A stretch of 64,000 nucleotides of DNA from Candidatus Thorarchaeota archaeon (GTDB lineage: Archaea > Asgardarchaeota > Thorarchaeia > Thorarchaeales > Thorarchaeaceae): contig DXJO01000020.1 of assembly GCA_019057475.1 (NCBI GenBank), positions 96,001 through 160,000 of the forward strand, in the 5' to 3' direction. The notes beneath the pieces are model-generated. The model was given only the letters and a program-made list of their open reading frames with translations. It was not told where the DNA came from and did no database searches. This document shows, one piece after another, positions 42,798 through 53,362 of the stretch (positions are counted from its first letter, which is position 1; the number at the start of each line of letters is the position of its first letter). The translations under genes and the position numbers were made by a program.

Positions 42798-43052
42798 CTA
42801 TGCAGCTTCTGCTTTGCGCTTTTCATAGAATTTGTCTATGAAAGATCCATAGACGTCTACAGGCTCAGTTAAATCATTAACTTCATCTATTGCCATCTCC
42901 AGCCCACAGAATCCGCACTTGACTGTCGCCACAATTTTGGCACGATATAGCTCTATCTTGATGGAGGTGTTACCACACTCCGGACACGGGTAGACGTCCG
43001 GAATACGCTTCTGAGGTCGTCGACGCACCTTCTGCCTTCGTCTTCTACCCAT
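42798..43052 (-). CDS. elf1: Transcription elongation factor Elf1
   Basis: MGRRRR basic N-terminus, CPEC...CGFC Zn ribbon, EPVDVYGSFID. Confidence 0.92.
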   Translation of the reverse strand: MGRRRRQKVRRRPQKRIPDVYPCPECGNTSIKIELYRAKIVATVKCGFCGLEMAIDEVNDLTEPVDVYGSFIDKFYEKRKAEAA

Positions 43053-43258
43053 ATTGAATCACCATTTGCCTATTTCACACAGACCGCGGATGGGCCCCGA
43101 AAGAAACAGAGCGGGCTCTGCGACGCCAGTTTTCATTTAAGCATTATGTTAGGTCAACCATCACTAACTGAAATCAGTGACCTAAACGCTGAACGTTCAA
43201 ATCAAGCAAGTTTTGCGCACAGAAGCTTTCTTATCTCAGCATACTTCGCTGTGAAACT

Positions 43259-43495
43259 ATGTCAGGTTTCTCAAGGAACGCCCAGTGTGTTTTGCGCATC
43301 CTAGAGTCGTCAGAGTCGATGTTAACTTCGGAGATTCTGGAAACCGCAAAACAGCCTGAGTATGTGGATCTCTGCGCAGACTGCGCTGGAGGCGACGCAT
43401 TCATTGCAGCTGCGAATCAGCTAGCAAGTCAAGGTCTAATTGCTAAGAAGTTTGGAAAGGGCGGCTACCGCTGGCATCTTGTGGGGGCGAAGTAG
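43259..43495 (+). CDS. Small winged-helix protein with three Cys (CxxC)
   Basis: L.TSEI...L..QGLI.K....Y.W wHTH pattern; abuts sufS start. Confidence 0.65.
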   Translation: MSGFSRNAQCVLRILESSESMLTSEILETAKQPEYVDLCADCAGGDAFIAAANQLASQGLIAKKFGKGGYRWHLVGAK

Positions 43496-44734
43496 TTGGA
43501 CGTAGCAAGAATACGCGAGGATTTTCCTGTCTTGAAGCGCATAATCAATGGTCATCCACTCGTTTACCTTGATAGTGCATGCATGTCACTGAAGCCTTTG
43601 CAGGTACTTGCTGCTATGCGCGAGTACTATGAACAGTATCCAGCTTGTGCTGGTCGAAGTATCCACAAGCTTGGTGAAGAAGCATCAAATGCATACTCTG
43701 CAGCACGAGCCAAGATTGCCGACTTCATCAATACTGCTGAGCCTGAGGAGTGTATCTGGACGAGGAATGCAACTGAGTCGTTGAACATGGTGGCCAGTTC
43801 GGTGAAGCTTCCGAAGGGCTCGAAGATAGTTACTACTACCCTAGAGCATCACAGTGGCTCATTGCCATTTGTGGAGCGCGCACGCAGAGATGGTCTAAAG
43901 ATTGAGATAATTGAAGCCAAAGATGATGGCACATTCGACATTGAGGACTGGAAAAGAGTCATAGATACTAACACTAGTTTGATTTCAGTAGTCCATTCAT
44001 CCAATGTAACTGGCACTGTTGCCCCGATGAAGGAGATTGTCGAGATAGCTCATGACCGGGGGGCGTTGGTCATGTCTGATGATGCCCAATACGCTCCACA
44101 CCACCCCCTGGACGTGCAGGATTTAGATGTTGATTTCTCAGCTATCTCAGTTCACAAGATGTGTGGACCCACCGGTGTAGGGGTTCTCTATGGAAAGATG
44201 GACCTTCTGAAGTCAATGGACATGTTTCTGGTTGGAGGTGACACCGTAGCTGACGTCAGGTATGTTGATGGCAAAATCGTTCCGGAATACTTGCCTCCGC
44301 CAGAGAAATTTGAGGCCGGGCTGCAGAACTATGCTGGAGCCATTGGTGCAGGAGCAGCTGCTGATTATCTTCAATCAATTGGGATGCACAACATCGAGCT
44401 TCATGAGAGGAATCTTTTGAGTTTCGTGTTGAAGTCCCTGAAAGAGATGGATAATCTTACAATCTTTGGAACGGACGACATCAGCATCAAAACTGGACTT
44501 GTTGCTTTTATGGTCAGTACAGTGAACACTGCGCATGATGTGGCCGGCTATCTCAGTGATTCATACGGCGTAATGCTGAGGTCTGGTGCACACTGCACTC
44601 ATCCTTACCACTACCAGATGGGAATACCTCCTTCGAAAGGGACCAACAGGGCTTCGGTCTACCTCTACAATAACAGAAAGGATGTGGAGGCATTCATAGA
44701 GGGATTGCATGCGCTGATTGAAGCAAGTTCCTAG
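43496..44734 (+). CDS. sufS: Cysteine desulfurase, SufS/group II
   Basis: VYLDSA, SVHKMCGPTG (PLP Lys), FEAG, RSGAHC. Confidence 0.92.
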   Translation: MDVARIREDFPVLKRIINGHPLVYLDSACMSLKPLQVLAAMREYYEQYPACAGRSIHKLGEEASNAYSAARAKIADFINTAEPEECIWTRNATESLNMVASSVKLPKGSKIVTTTLEHHSGSLPFVERARRDGLKIEIIEAKDDGTFDIEDWKRVIDTNTSLISVVHSSNVTGTVAPMKEIVEIAHDRGALVMSDDAQYAPHHPLDVQDLDVDFSAISVHKMCGPTGVGVLYGKMDLLKSMDMFLVGGDTVADVRYVDGKIVPEYLPPPEKFEAGLQNYAGAIGAGAAADYLQSIGMHNIELHERNLLSFVLKSLKEMDNLTIFGTDDISIKTGLVAFMVSTVNTAHDVAGYLSDSYGVMLRSGAHCTHPYHYQMGIPPSKGTNRASVYLYNNRKDVEAFIEGLHALIEASS

Positions 44735-46533
44735 TCCAGCATATCTGCGACATTCTGCTTCATTCGCTTGATCTCTTCAATGGGATCTGCGAAATCAAGA
44801 CCGCTCGCAGCTATATCTACAGAGTCTTTGTACTTAGTCACACGTCCTTGAATCGAAATGTATCGTCCAAGCATCTTGTCAGTGTTTTGCTCTATTGGTG
44901 CTTGGTTGTTTCCAGATTTTGAAATGAGATCGAATGCCTCTTGGGCTGTCATCTGCAGGAGTTCTTCACCTGTTTCGCCAAAGAGAGTCACTCGAATAGA
45001 ACCGGAACCATCGTCCAACGTGACCTTGTACAGCATTCTGGGCTCTGGTTTCTTAACCTCGCCGCAGACGCTGCAGATGTACTTACCATCTCTATCCTCG
45101 ACCTTCTTCCTACAACTCGGGCAGGCTTGGTACACAGGACTTACCTGACCAACCCCTACAACTATGCCACAGACCTCTACAGTTTGTCCTTCGTTCTCCG
45201 CATCTATGTCGCCAATCATGACTCTTCCTGCGCGAGTTATCGTTTCCAAAGACACTCCCGAGAGGTCAAGCTTTGCCAGTTTCGAACCCTTGGGGTTGAT
45301 TTTGATTTTAGCACGGCGACCCACGTGAAATTCAATACCACCTCTAAATCCCTCCTTCACGTAGCCATGTTTGATTCTGATGACATTGTCCTCCTGCAAA
45401 TCTTCTATCTTGTCTACATCATCATTCCAAAATGTGACCCGTGTGGTCCCAGATTCATCGGCAACAATAAGATTCTGAACTTTGCCCTCTTTTCCGTCCC
45501 TCTCAAAGGTCTTGGACGGGAAAATCCTGGCCACTTTGCCCTCAATGTCGACATCACGCATATCTACTGTCAGTTCCGAGATGTTCTTCCTGCCAAGTGG
45601 CTCTGAGGCAGGTGCTCCTACACTCACTTCCACCGCATCTATCTTCTCCTTTAAATCTCTCTCAACTTTCGAGGCTCTGGTGGTATGGAACTCGACATCT
45701 CCGTAGCGACCAGCCTTGGTGCGGCCGCCAGTGACTCTGATGACCTCACCCTCCTTAGCATCCTGCATCTCTTCCGCATGCTGGTCCCAAAATACAAGTC
45801 TGGCACTGCCAGTTTCATCAGCGCCAATGATGCTCAACACCTTGCCTTCACTACCGTCGCTTTTGCGGGTGAATGTGGATAGATTGAAAATCTTGCCGAT
45901 TTTCACCAACAGATTCACATCAAACGCCCCATCCTGAAGGTCATTCATTTTAGCAGTCTGCGACTCAAGCACATCAAACTCTAGACCTTCCATCTCGTGG
46001 TCATCAATGATTCTAATGTTCGCCATGCGACCAAGGTTGAGTTCAAGGGCGTCACGCATTCCTTTCTTCACATAGGCACCTCTTATCTGAATTACGTCGC
46101 CAACATTGATTGCCCCCTCAGACACTGCCACTGTTTGGTCGTCCCACATAGCGATTCTGATTCTTCCAGTTTCATCTGCAACCACTATGCTGGCGACCTT
46201 TCCTTCTCCGCCGCCGGATCGAGAAAAAGTTCTGACTGTACCAACATTGACAACCTTTGCAGTTAGGGCAACATTCCTAATATCCTCGGATATGTCTTTG
46301 ATTGTCAGGCGTGCTTTGGGAGATACCTGATGAAGATCGATACCAAGTTCACGTGCAACAATCATTGCTGCAGATTCGTCGTTAACAACCTCAGGACCCA
46401 ACTCCTGGCGTTTCTCTTCGATGAATTTCAAGATGTCCTTGCGTTCATAATCGGATTTGTGTTTCAAAATAAGTTGAATTGTTTCTTCAAGCGTGAGCAC
46501 TTCTATTACCATCCAGTTGCTGGGTAGTGACAT
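44731..46533 (-). CDS. rpa: Replication protein A, multi-OB-fold with Zn-finger OB (RPA1-like); start may be 46512 or 46500
   Basis: Three repeated DETG/DESG OB folds plus YQACPSC..CSVC and LDDGSG. Confidence 0.92.
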   Translation of the reverse strand: MSLPSNWMVIEVLTLEETIQLILKHKSDYERKDILKFIEEKRQELGPEVVNDESAAMIVARELGIDLHQVSPKARLTIKDISEDIRNVALTAKVVNVGTVRTFSRSGGGEGKVASIVVADETGRIRIAMWDDQTVAVSEGAINVGDVIQIRGAYVKKGMRDALELNLGRMANIRIIDDHEMEGLEFDVLESQTAKMNDLQDGAFDVNLLVKIGKIFNLSTFTRKSDGSEGKVLSIIGADETGSARLVFWDQHAEEMQDAKEGEVIRVTGGRTKAGRYGDVEFHTTRASKVERDLKEKIDAVEVSVGAPASEPLGRKNISELTVDMRDVDIEGKVARIFPSKTFERDGKEGKVQNLIVADESGTTRVTFWNDDVDKIEDLQEDNVIRIKHGYVKEGFRGGIEFHVGRRAKIKINPKGSKLAKLDLSGVSLETITRAGRVMIGDIDAENEGQTVEVCGIVVGVGQVSPVYQACPSCRKKVEDRDGKYICSVCGEVKKPEPRMLYKVTLDDGSGSIRVTLFGETGEELLQMTAQEAFDLISKSGNNQAPIEQNTDKMLGRYISIQGRVTKYKDSVDIAASGLDFADPIEEIKRMKQNVADMLD

Positions 46534-46665
46534 CCACTCGATACAACATTTCAGCTTGTATCCTATAAAGTAGTATGCTCAATCCTACCGAGCTGGATTG
46601 ACTAATCCGCAGTTGACAGGCCGAAACATAAATGACCACTACCGACAACAGAGAAATGACAACTT

Positions 46666-49600
46666 GTGACCGAGTCTGAGCCTAGCCTACCAAAGCATAG
46701 CATCCACTATGCCCGCTACTTCGCTGCACTGAATAAAGAGGTCAAAAGAATCTATGCAGTCGCAGAGAGTGCAAGGGCGAAGGGCGTTGACCCCACAACA
46801 GTTGTTGAGATTCCGCCAGCGTATGATGTAGCTGCTCGTGTTGAAGCTACACTTGACGGCCCTGTTGGCGTAGCAAAGCGAATTCGAGAGCTGCAGAAAG
46901 ACAAAAAGCGCTCAAGAGAAGAGGTAGCCTTTGCTGTCGCCAAAGAGATTGCCACAGGGAATCTAGGTGGCATCACAGACCATGAAAAGGCTGCAGACAA
47001 AGCCGTACGAGTGGCTCTGGCGATACTTACCGAGAGCATTACTGCTGCTCCAATTGAAGGAATCTCAAAAGTTCGAATTAGGGGCGCGGGTTCAGATCAA
47101 TACCTTGCCATCTATCTCGCGGGGCCTATACGGGCTGCTGGCGGTACAGAGGCCGCCATGACGGTTCTAGTTGCAGACTATGTACGGCAGGTGTTAGATC
47201 TTCCAGCATTCAAGGCTACTGAGGAGGAAGTCGAGAGATCTCTGGAAGAGGTTGAGCTCTATGCACGAGCAGTGCATCTTCAGTATCCAGTGCAGCTTGA
47301 CCTTTTACGACTAGCAGCCTCGAAACTACCAATAATGCTGACGGGGGAACCAACGGAGGAGTTCGAGGTATCGGGCAGTCGCGATTTGGATCGAATAGAA
47401 ACCAACCGTGTTAGAGGTGGGGCAGTTCTAGTACTCAATGACGGAGTCGTTGGGAGGGCTGCCAAGCTCGCCAAGATTGTGAACGGATTGGAGATGCCTG
47501 GGTGGGAGTGGCTCAATGAGTTAGCTGAAAAAACCAGCAAGGCCGAGTCATCAGAGGATGAATCAGAGGAGAAGAAACTGGCTCCGAAATCCGAGTATCT
47601 AGCAGATGTGATTGGCGGCCGCCCGGTGTTTTCACATCCATCACGAATTGGTGGTTTCAGATTGAGATATGGCCGGTCTCGCAACACAGGATTGGCAGGG
47701 GTGGGCGTACATCCTGCTACGATGTTCTTGGCTGACGAGTTCTTGGCTCCTGGGACTCACATCCGAACAGAGCGTCCCGGTAAAGGCTCCATAGTGTCCC
47801 CCGTAGACACCATCGAAGGCCCTACGGTACTTCTTCGAGATGGAACAGTTAAGCAGGTATTTACTGCTGAAGAGGCATGCAGGCTTCAAGATAAGACCGA
47901 ACGCATAATCTTTCTTGGCGATATATTGGTTGCACTTGGCGAGTTTCTTGAGAACAATCACCCACTCGTTCCATCGGGGTATTGCGAAGAATGGTGGTCA
48001 CACGATCTCGACAAAGCACTCATGAAACTCAAAAAATCTGAGGTCGAACAACGCCTTTCAGGCTCGGACATCACCGCCAGTGATTTATCCGGATTTATCA
48101 GCAACCCTCTCTCAAGTATCCCCTCACCAGAACAAGCACTTCATCTGGCAATGTCATTTAGGGTGCCACTTCACCCTAGGTATCTCTATCGTTGGCTTGC
48201 GTTGAATGGTGAGGAAATATCGGATCTTAGGACTTGGCTTTTGAAGAATAAGAGGATAGAGAGAACCTCCCAAAACAGCCGCATAGTCCTTCCAAATGAT
48301 GCACGATACAAAGAGCTACTCACAAGAGCAGGTATCCCTCATTCTCTGAATGAAGACCGTAGTATGATTTGCATCACAGATAGCCCCGCAACAGTTCTAG
48401 CGCAATTGGGTGACAAACGCAAATCCCCCAAGGGAAGTAACGCTCTTGAGGCTCTCAATTCTTGCACGAAAATCGAGCTTAGGGATAAATTGGGGTTCTC
48501 GATAGGGGCAAGAATGGGTCGGCCTGAGAAGGCTGAAGAACGCAAGATGAAGCCTCCTGTTCACGTGTTGTTCCCGGTAGGACGAGCTCTATCAAGCGAA
48601 CGACGAGTGGAACGCATTGCCAAAAGCAACGAACACACATCAACACAATGCACCTTCGATGCTGATGGCACGGTTATGGAACCCGCTCTGGGGGGTTCAG
48701 GTGTACGGCTTGAAATGGTATCCAGAATCTGCACAGGATGTGGGCTTGAAACCTTTGAGTCCAAATGTCGCGAATGTGAGTCACATACTGAAGTCCAATC
48801 GTGGTGTTCGCATGAAGAGTGTGGCAGGGCAGTGGATACCACCACTGGAGTGTGCCCCAATAAACATGACATGAATCTTATCCGCACCACGAAGACTATC
48901 TCTGTGGACTTCCAAGCGCTTTTGGAAGACATAAAGAAAGATCTTGGTGAGTCACAGACTTACAATCTTCGAGGAGTCCTAGGACTGACCAGCAATCATA
49001 AGGTGCCAGAATATCTTGGAAAGGGAGTCTTGCGCGCCAAACATGATGTATACACTTACCGCGATGGCACAGCACGATTCGACGCCACTGATGCACCGCT
49101 GACTCACTTCAAACCCAGAGAGATTGGGGTTTCTGTGGGCCGTTTACATGAACTCGGATACAGAGCTGATTATCAAGGCGAGCCTCTGGTTTCAGATGAG
49201 CAGGTCATTGAGCTCATGGTTCAAGATTTGGTTGTCCCTGAAAATTGTGCGGACTACTTGGTTAATGTAGGCAATTTTGTAGATGATTGCCTTCAGCGAA
49301 TCTATGGCTTGGACAGATACTACGGGTTCCGTAGTCGTGAGGCCATAATCGGACAGTTGGTGATTGGGCTTGCTCCTCACACATCTGCGGGGATAATTGG
49401 CAGAATAATTGGGTTTACAAATGCAAGCGTGTGCTATGCACATCCTTACTGGCATGCTGCAAAACGGAGAAACTGTGATGGTGACGAAGACGCCCTAATT
49501 CTAGTCCTTGATGCACTCATCAACTTCTCTAAAGCTTATCTTCCAAGGGGCAGAGGTGGATTCATGGATGCTCCCCTTGTTCTGTCTGTAGTTCTAGACC

Positions 49601-50229
49601 CGACCGAGATTGATGATGAAGCTCACAACATGGAAGTCTGCAATCGATATCCTGCTCAGTTCTACAGTACGGCTGCTGAGGCGCAGCACCCTCGAGTGGT
49701 CGAGAGTCTCGTAGATATCGTGGCATCACGACTAGACAAAGAGGCACAATACGAGGGACTTGGCTTTACACATGACACGTCATCAATCGATGATGGTCCG
49801 CGCAACTCGAGATACAAGACGCTAGGCAGTATGGTTGAGAAACTTGATGCACAGCTCAAGCTTGCGAAACTCATTGATGCAGTAGACTCGCAGGATGTTG
49901 CAGAACGTGTGCTTTCACATCATTTCATTCGTGATATCAGGGGAAATCTTCGGGCATACTCAACGCAGAAAATACAATGCCTGAAGTGTCACAGAGTATA
50001 CAGAAGAGTTCCACTCTCCGGTTCTTGTGTCTGTGGCGCGAAGCTCTCACTCACTGTGAGGCAGAAGAATATCTCAAAGTACCTGACTATAGCCCAGCGG
50101 TTGATTCGTGAACATGGACTCGGACAGTACCTACAACAACGCCTTAATCTGATTAACTCATCTTTGGACTCGATGTTCGTATCCGAACAGACATCTCTGT
50201 CTGAACAAGCTTCTCAAGCCAGCCTGTAA
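46666..50229 (+). CDS. polC: DNA polymerase II (PolD) large subunit DP2
   Basis: GPIRAAGGT, GGFRLRYGRSR, AAKRRNCDGDED; no intein evident. Confidence 0.98.
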   Translation: MTESEPSLPKHSIHYARYFAALNKEVKRIYAVAESARAKGVDPTTVVEIPPAYDVAARVEATLDGPVGVAKRIRELQKDKKRSREEVAFAVAKEIATGNLGGITDHEKAADKAVRVALAILTESITAAPIEGISKVRIRGAGSDQYLAIYLAGPIRAAGGTEAAMTVLVADYVRQVLDLPAFKATEEEVERSLEEVELYARAVHLQYPVQLDLLRLAASKLPIMLTGEPTEEFEVSGSRDLDRIETNRVRGGAVLVLNDGVVGRAAKLAKIVNGLEMPGWEWLNELAEKTSKAESSEDESEEKKLAPKSEYLADVIGGRPVFSHPSRIGGFRLRYGRSRNTGLAGVGVHPATMFLADEFLAPGTHIRTERPGKGSIVSPVDTIEGPTVLLRDGTVKQVFTAEEACRLQDKTERIIFLGDILVALGEFLENNHPLVPSGYCEEWWSHDLDKALMKLKKSEVEQRLSGSDITASDLSGFISNPLSSIPSPEQALHLAMSFRVPLHPRYLYRWLALNGEEISDLRTWLLKNKRIERTSQNSRIVLPNDARYKELLTRAGIPHSLNEDRSMICITDSPATVLAQLGDKRKSPKGSNALEALNSCTKIELRDKLGFSIGARMGRPEKAEERKMKPPVHVLFPVGRALSSERRVERIAKSNEHTSTQCTFDADGTVMEPALGGSGVRLEMVSRICTGCGLETFESKCRECESHTEVQSWCSHEECGRAVDTTTGVCPNKHDMNLIRTTKTISVDFQALLEDIKKDLGESQTYNLRGVLGLTSNHKVPEYLGKGVLRAKHDVYTYRDGTARFDATDAPLTHFKPREIGVSVGRLHELGYRADYQGEPLVSDEQVIELMVQDLVVPENCADYLVNVGNFVDDCLQRIYGLDRYYGFRSREAIIGQLVIGLAPHTSAGIIGRIIGFTNASVCYAHPYWHAAKRRNCDGDEDALILVLDALINFSKAYLPRGRGGFMDAPLVLSVVLDPTEIDDEAHNMEVCNRYPAQFYSTAAEAQHPRVVESLVDIVASRLDKEAQYEGLGFTHDTSSIDDGPRNSRYKTLGSMVEKLDAQLKLAKLIDAVDSQDVAERVLSHHFIRDIRGNLRAYSTQKIQCLKCHRVYRRVPLSGSCVCGAKLSLTVRQKNISKYLTIAQRLIREHGLGQYLQQRLNLINSSLDSMFVSEQTSLSEQASQASL

Positions 50230-50234
50230 TATCC

Positions 50235-51086
50235 CTATTCGACCTCGGTTGCTAGCCCCAACAAATCGCGATCATCTATTATGCCAATAAGATTGCCTGC
50301 GGCTGAAAGCACCGGTGCTTGGTCAATGTCATTTTTCCTTAGTATTCGTACACATTCAGGAATGGTTGTGACTTCGGTTACATTGATTATGCTCTTGGTC
50401 ATGACCTGTTCCACAGGAACATTGGGCAATTTCAAGAGTCTCTTGGTGACAATCAGAAAATCCTTGGAGGTCCAGCCCCATTCCACAGCTTGGTCAGTCC
50501 CGCTGTAGGTCTTGGATACATTCTCCTCGACTGTGATCTCAGACAGTCGTATGTAATCGCTGACTGATATCACACCTGCGACTCCTCCGGCTTCGTTGAC
50601 TACCACAAGCGCATGCTTCCCGGCCATCTCCATAATCATGTATGATAGGGGAAGAGGAGTCTGATCCCACACTGCAATGACTTGATGGTTAACAAAGTCT
50701 TCGATGCTCTTGTCGTCATATTCTCCGCTCTCTTCTAGTATTGCACCCAGAATGTCAGGTATGGACACAAGCCCCACGAGCTTGTCCTTATCCACCACAG
50801 GTAATCTCCTGTACTTCTTGTCCCGCATGAGCTTGGCTGCCGTCTTCACATTAGTTCTAGGTGTGACAGTGTCCGGGTCTCTTACCATGAGCATGGCAAG
50901 CTGGTTCTCGTCTGCTTTCCGCAAGAGGTCTGTTCTTGTGACTATTCCCACAAGGGTTTTGGTCCCTTTCTTCACGATAGGGAGTCCGTTGATTTGTTTC
51001 TCTGCCATGAGTAGCAGGACATCTTCTCTGGTGCCTGGTACTGATACGAAGACCACGTCTTTCTGCATGCAGTCTGCGACTTTCAT
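50235..51086 (-). CDS. CBS-domain protein (four CBS)
   Basis: GLPIV, RRLPVVD, LVG repeats. Confidence 0.9.
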   Translation of the reverse strand: MKVADCMQKDVVFVSVPGTREDVLLLMAEKQINGLPIVKKGTKTLVGIVTRTDLLRKADENQLAMLMVRDPDTVTPRTNVKTAAKLMRDKKYRRLPVVDKDKLVGLVSIPDILGAILEESGEYDDKSIEDFVNHQVIAVWDQTPLPLSYMIMEMAGKHALVVVNEAGGVAGVISVSDYIRLSEITVEENVSKTYSGTDQAVEWGWTSKDFLIVTKRLLKLPNVPVEQVMTKSIINVTEVTTIPECVRILRKNDIDQAPVLSAAGNLIGIIDDRDLLGLATEVE

Positions 51087-51243
51087 TGTTGATATTACTC
51101 CGGTACAAGATATAGAGTGTCATTGAACCTGCTAATTCTTGTTGGACAATTGAGATGTCTAGCCTCAACGACAGAACAAGAATAGGCTCTCTGCTGACCT
51201 TTTATGTCTATCTTTCATTTTAAAATGTTCATCTTTGGACACG

Positions 51244-51804
51244 CTACCAAGGGTTCTTCTTTAGCCCCAGTAGGTAGCTGCCTGCATTGCTCACCCAGTG
51301 AATGACGAGGGTTATGAGAATAAGAATTGCGGGATACACTGGATTTGGCTGTAGGAATGGAGCAGCAAGAATCAACGCCATCAGTACAAACCCGAGCTGA
51401 TCAAGCATTGGCGATGGCGCGCCACTATGGAGATTGACTCGCCTTTTTAGAAATGAACCTACCAAATCACCAAGCAGAGCGCCAATCGACAATATCAGGG
51501 CGATTGAAACGCCTGAGAAGAGAATGGTTTCCATGCCTTGTGTCACCGCAAGATACTGCACCATATGCGATTTAACATATGGGGCAGCGATTGATTGTGC
51601 AACTCCGGTAAAAACACCGAAAATAATCCCTGAAGTAAATCCTCTGATAGTCTTGCCGTCCCCGAGAATCCTGTTGCCATCCCTGAACAGTAGCCCAGCG
51701 TCCATTGGTCTTCTTCCGCCAAAGATAACTGGAGTGGCATTGGCAACCCACGCTGGCAAGCCGAGCCATAGGGCGAGTCCAACTAGGGCAAGTTCCTCAT
51801 ACAT
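51244..51804 (-). CDS. carS: CDP-archaeol synthase
   Basis: PAWVANATPV, GDGKT.RG, GDLVGSFLKRR, LDQL. Confidence 0.94.
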   Translation of the reverse strand: MYEELALVGLALWLGLPAWVANATPVIFGGRRPMDAGLLFRDGNRILGDGKTIRGFTSGIIFGVFTGVAQSIAAPYVKSHMVQYLAVTQGMETILFSGVSIALILSIGALLGDLVGSFLKRRVNLHSGAPSPMLDQLGFVLMALILAAPFLQPNPVYPAILILITLVIHWVSNAGSYLLGLKKNPW

Positions 51805-52550
51805 CAGCGTTGCTCCTGTGTCAGACTCTCTTCTGGTTCCATTTCACTGTTTTCTTCTGTGCTGCGCTCTGCTGTGAATCCTTTCATAGCAAGATACATC
51901 ACACTCTTCGAGGGCTCGCCTTCAGGTACCAGTCTCTCCACGATTCTTTCTGCTCTGCCACGCCCGACTTTCAATCGTATGGAATAGTCCTCATAAAACT
52001 CCATGATGTTTCGGGCGACGGGTTCGAATCCTTGTGATTCATCCATTCGTCCCCTTACTTGATTCAATACCATCACAGCCATGTTTCGTTCCTTTGCAAG
52101 TCCCTTCAGGACGCCCATCTGTGTATTCAGTTCTCGATGTGCTGCGTAGTTAATCTTCTTGTCTTCAAGGGCGGCTCTGTACAATCTTGTGAGAGTGTCG
52201 ACAACAACCAGTCTTGTCCCCTCTCGCGAATAGAGGTCGAGGTCATCTATGAGTGTTCCCTGTTCGCTGAAGCTCTTAGGCGAAAGAATGGTCACTAGGC
52301 TCTCAATCTCATCTAGTTTCTTATTCGTGATTTGCTCAAGTCTTTCGATTGGTGATGCCCCCTCAGAATTCACATAGACGGTTCCAACATCCAGACGACA
52401 AGCGGCGCTGACAAAATGGAGTGCCAAGGTTGTCTTACCAGCTGCCGCTTCACCAAAGGCATGAGTCAGGCGTCCAGTGTGCAAGCCTCCATTAAGGATG
52501 AGGTCCAATGAGGAAACCCCTGTTGGAATAATCAATGCGGATTTCACCAT
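51804..52550 (-). CDS. radB: RadB-like RecA-family paralog
   Basis: PTG..SLD.ILNGG, GEAAAGKT, VVVD, NQV; no N-terminal HhH domain; KHR motif absent. Confidence 0.78.
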   Translation of the reverse strand: MVKSALIIPTGVSSLDLILNGGLHTGRLTHAFGEAAAGKTTLALHFVSAACRLDVGTVYVNSEGASPIERLEQITNKKLDEIESLVTILSPKSFSEQGTLIDDLDLYSREGTRLVVVDTLTRLYRAALEDKKINYAAHRELNTQMGVLKGLAKERNMAVMVLNQVRGRMDESQGFEPVARNIMEFYEDYSIRLKVGRGRAERIVERLVPEGEPSKSVMYLAMKGFTAERSTEENSEMEPEESLTQEQR

Positions 52551-52600
52551 CTGTAGATTCTATCTAAGAAGTCTTAAGGATACCCCAGTACGCGTATGTA

Positions 52601-53362
52601 ATGCCTCGCAGCGAAGTCGCAGTAGCAACAAGAAACCCTAAAACGCTCTATCTCATTATGGAGGTTCTCAAGAGCCTAGATCTGGATTTCGTGGTCTGTG
52701 AGCCTAGTGGTGCAGAGTGTCAGATTGCCAAGGTAATCATAACCACAAGTGACGAGGCAAAAGATCTAGACCCTGAACGAGTAGTCATTGTAGAAGATGA
52801 TTTTAATGAAGACTCCATGGTGATTGCTCTGATGCTCCACCTTCTGGACATAAAAAAACCCACAAGCATTGTTGTTGGGATTGATCCCGGACTGCGATTC
52901 GGGTTGGCCCTGGTCATAGACGGCAACGTAGTTCGGACCAAGATATCCTCCTCACCGGCCAAGGCTGCCCGTTTCACCTTGCGCTGGTTGGCAGCAGTCA
53001 ACGAAAGCTTCTCTCAGGAGCCCGTGATACGAGTTGGTACTGGATCCAGCATGTTTACAGCACTCTTTCTTCGAGAAATCACTCCTCATGTAGACAGCAC
53101 TTCACTGGAGCTGGTTAACGAAGAGAATACCACAAAGGTTGGTGAATCGGACAAGTCATCTGCTATTCTGATTGCCATGCGTAAAGGTCGGCCGTTGAAA
53201 GAATCGGATGATATCTTTGAAATCCGGGAAAGCCATGTGCAATCGCTGAAACATTTGGTTCTTGATATCACCAATGGCACCAAACGTATTTCCACAGCTG
53301 ATGCACAAGCAGTACTGCTGGGCGACAAATCATTTGAATGGCTACTGGGCACCACTAGCTAG
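52601..53362 (+). CDS. YqgF/RuvX-like RNase H-fold protein
   Basis: VVGIDPG, LVNEENTT, D.SSAILIA. Confidence 0.65.
   Translation: MPRSEVAVATRNPKTLYLIMEVLKSLDLDFVVCEPSGAECQIAKVIITTSDEAKDLDPERVVIVEDDFNEDSMVIALMLHLLDIKKPTSIVVGIDPGLRFGLALVIDGNVVRTKISSSPAKAARFTLRWLAAVNESFSQEPVIRVGTGSSMFTALFLREITPHVDSTSLELVNEENTTKVGESDKSSAILIAMRKGRPLKESDDIFEIRESHVQSLKHLVLDITNGTKRISTADAQAVLLGDKSFEWLLGTTS

Noticed and set aside
43259-43495. Z-alpha (Z-DNA-binding) domain
   Set aside because: The wing Trp is present but the recognition-helix Asn/Tyr pair is not.
46666-50229. Intein in PolD DP2 or RNA polymerase subunits
   Set aside because: Lengths are typical and no intein terminal or LAGLIDADG motifs were seen.
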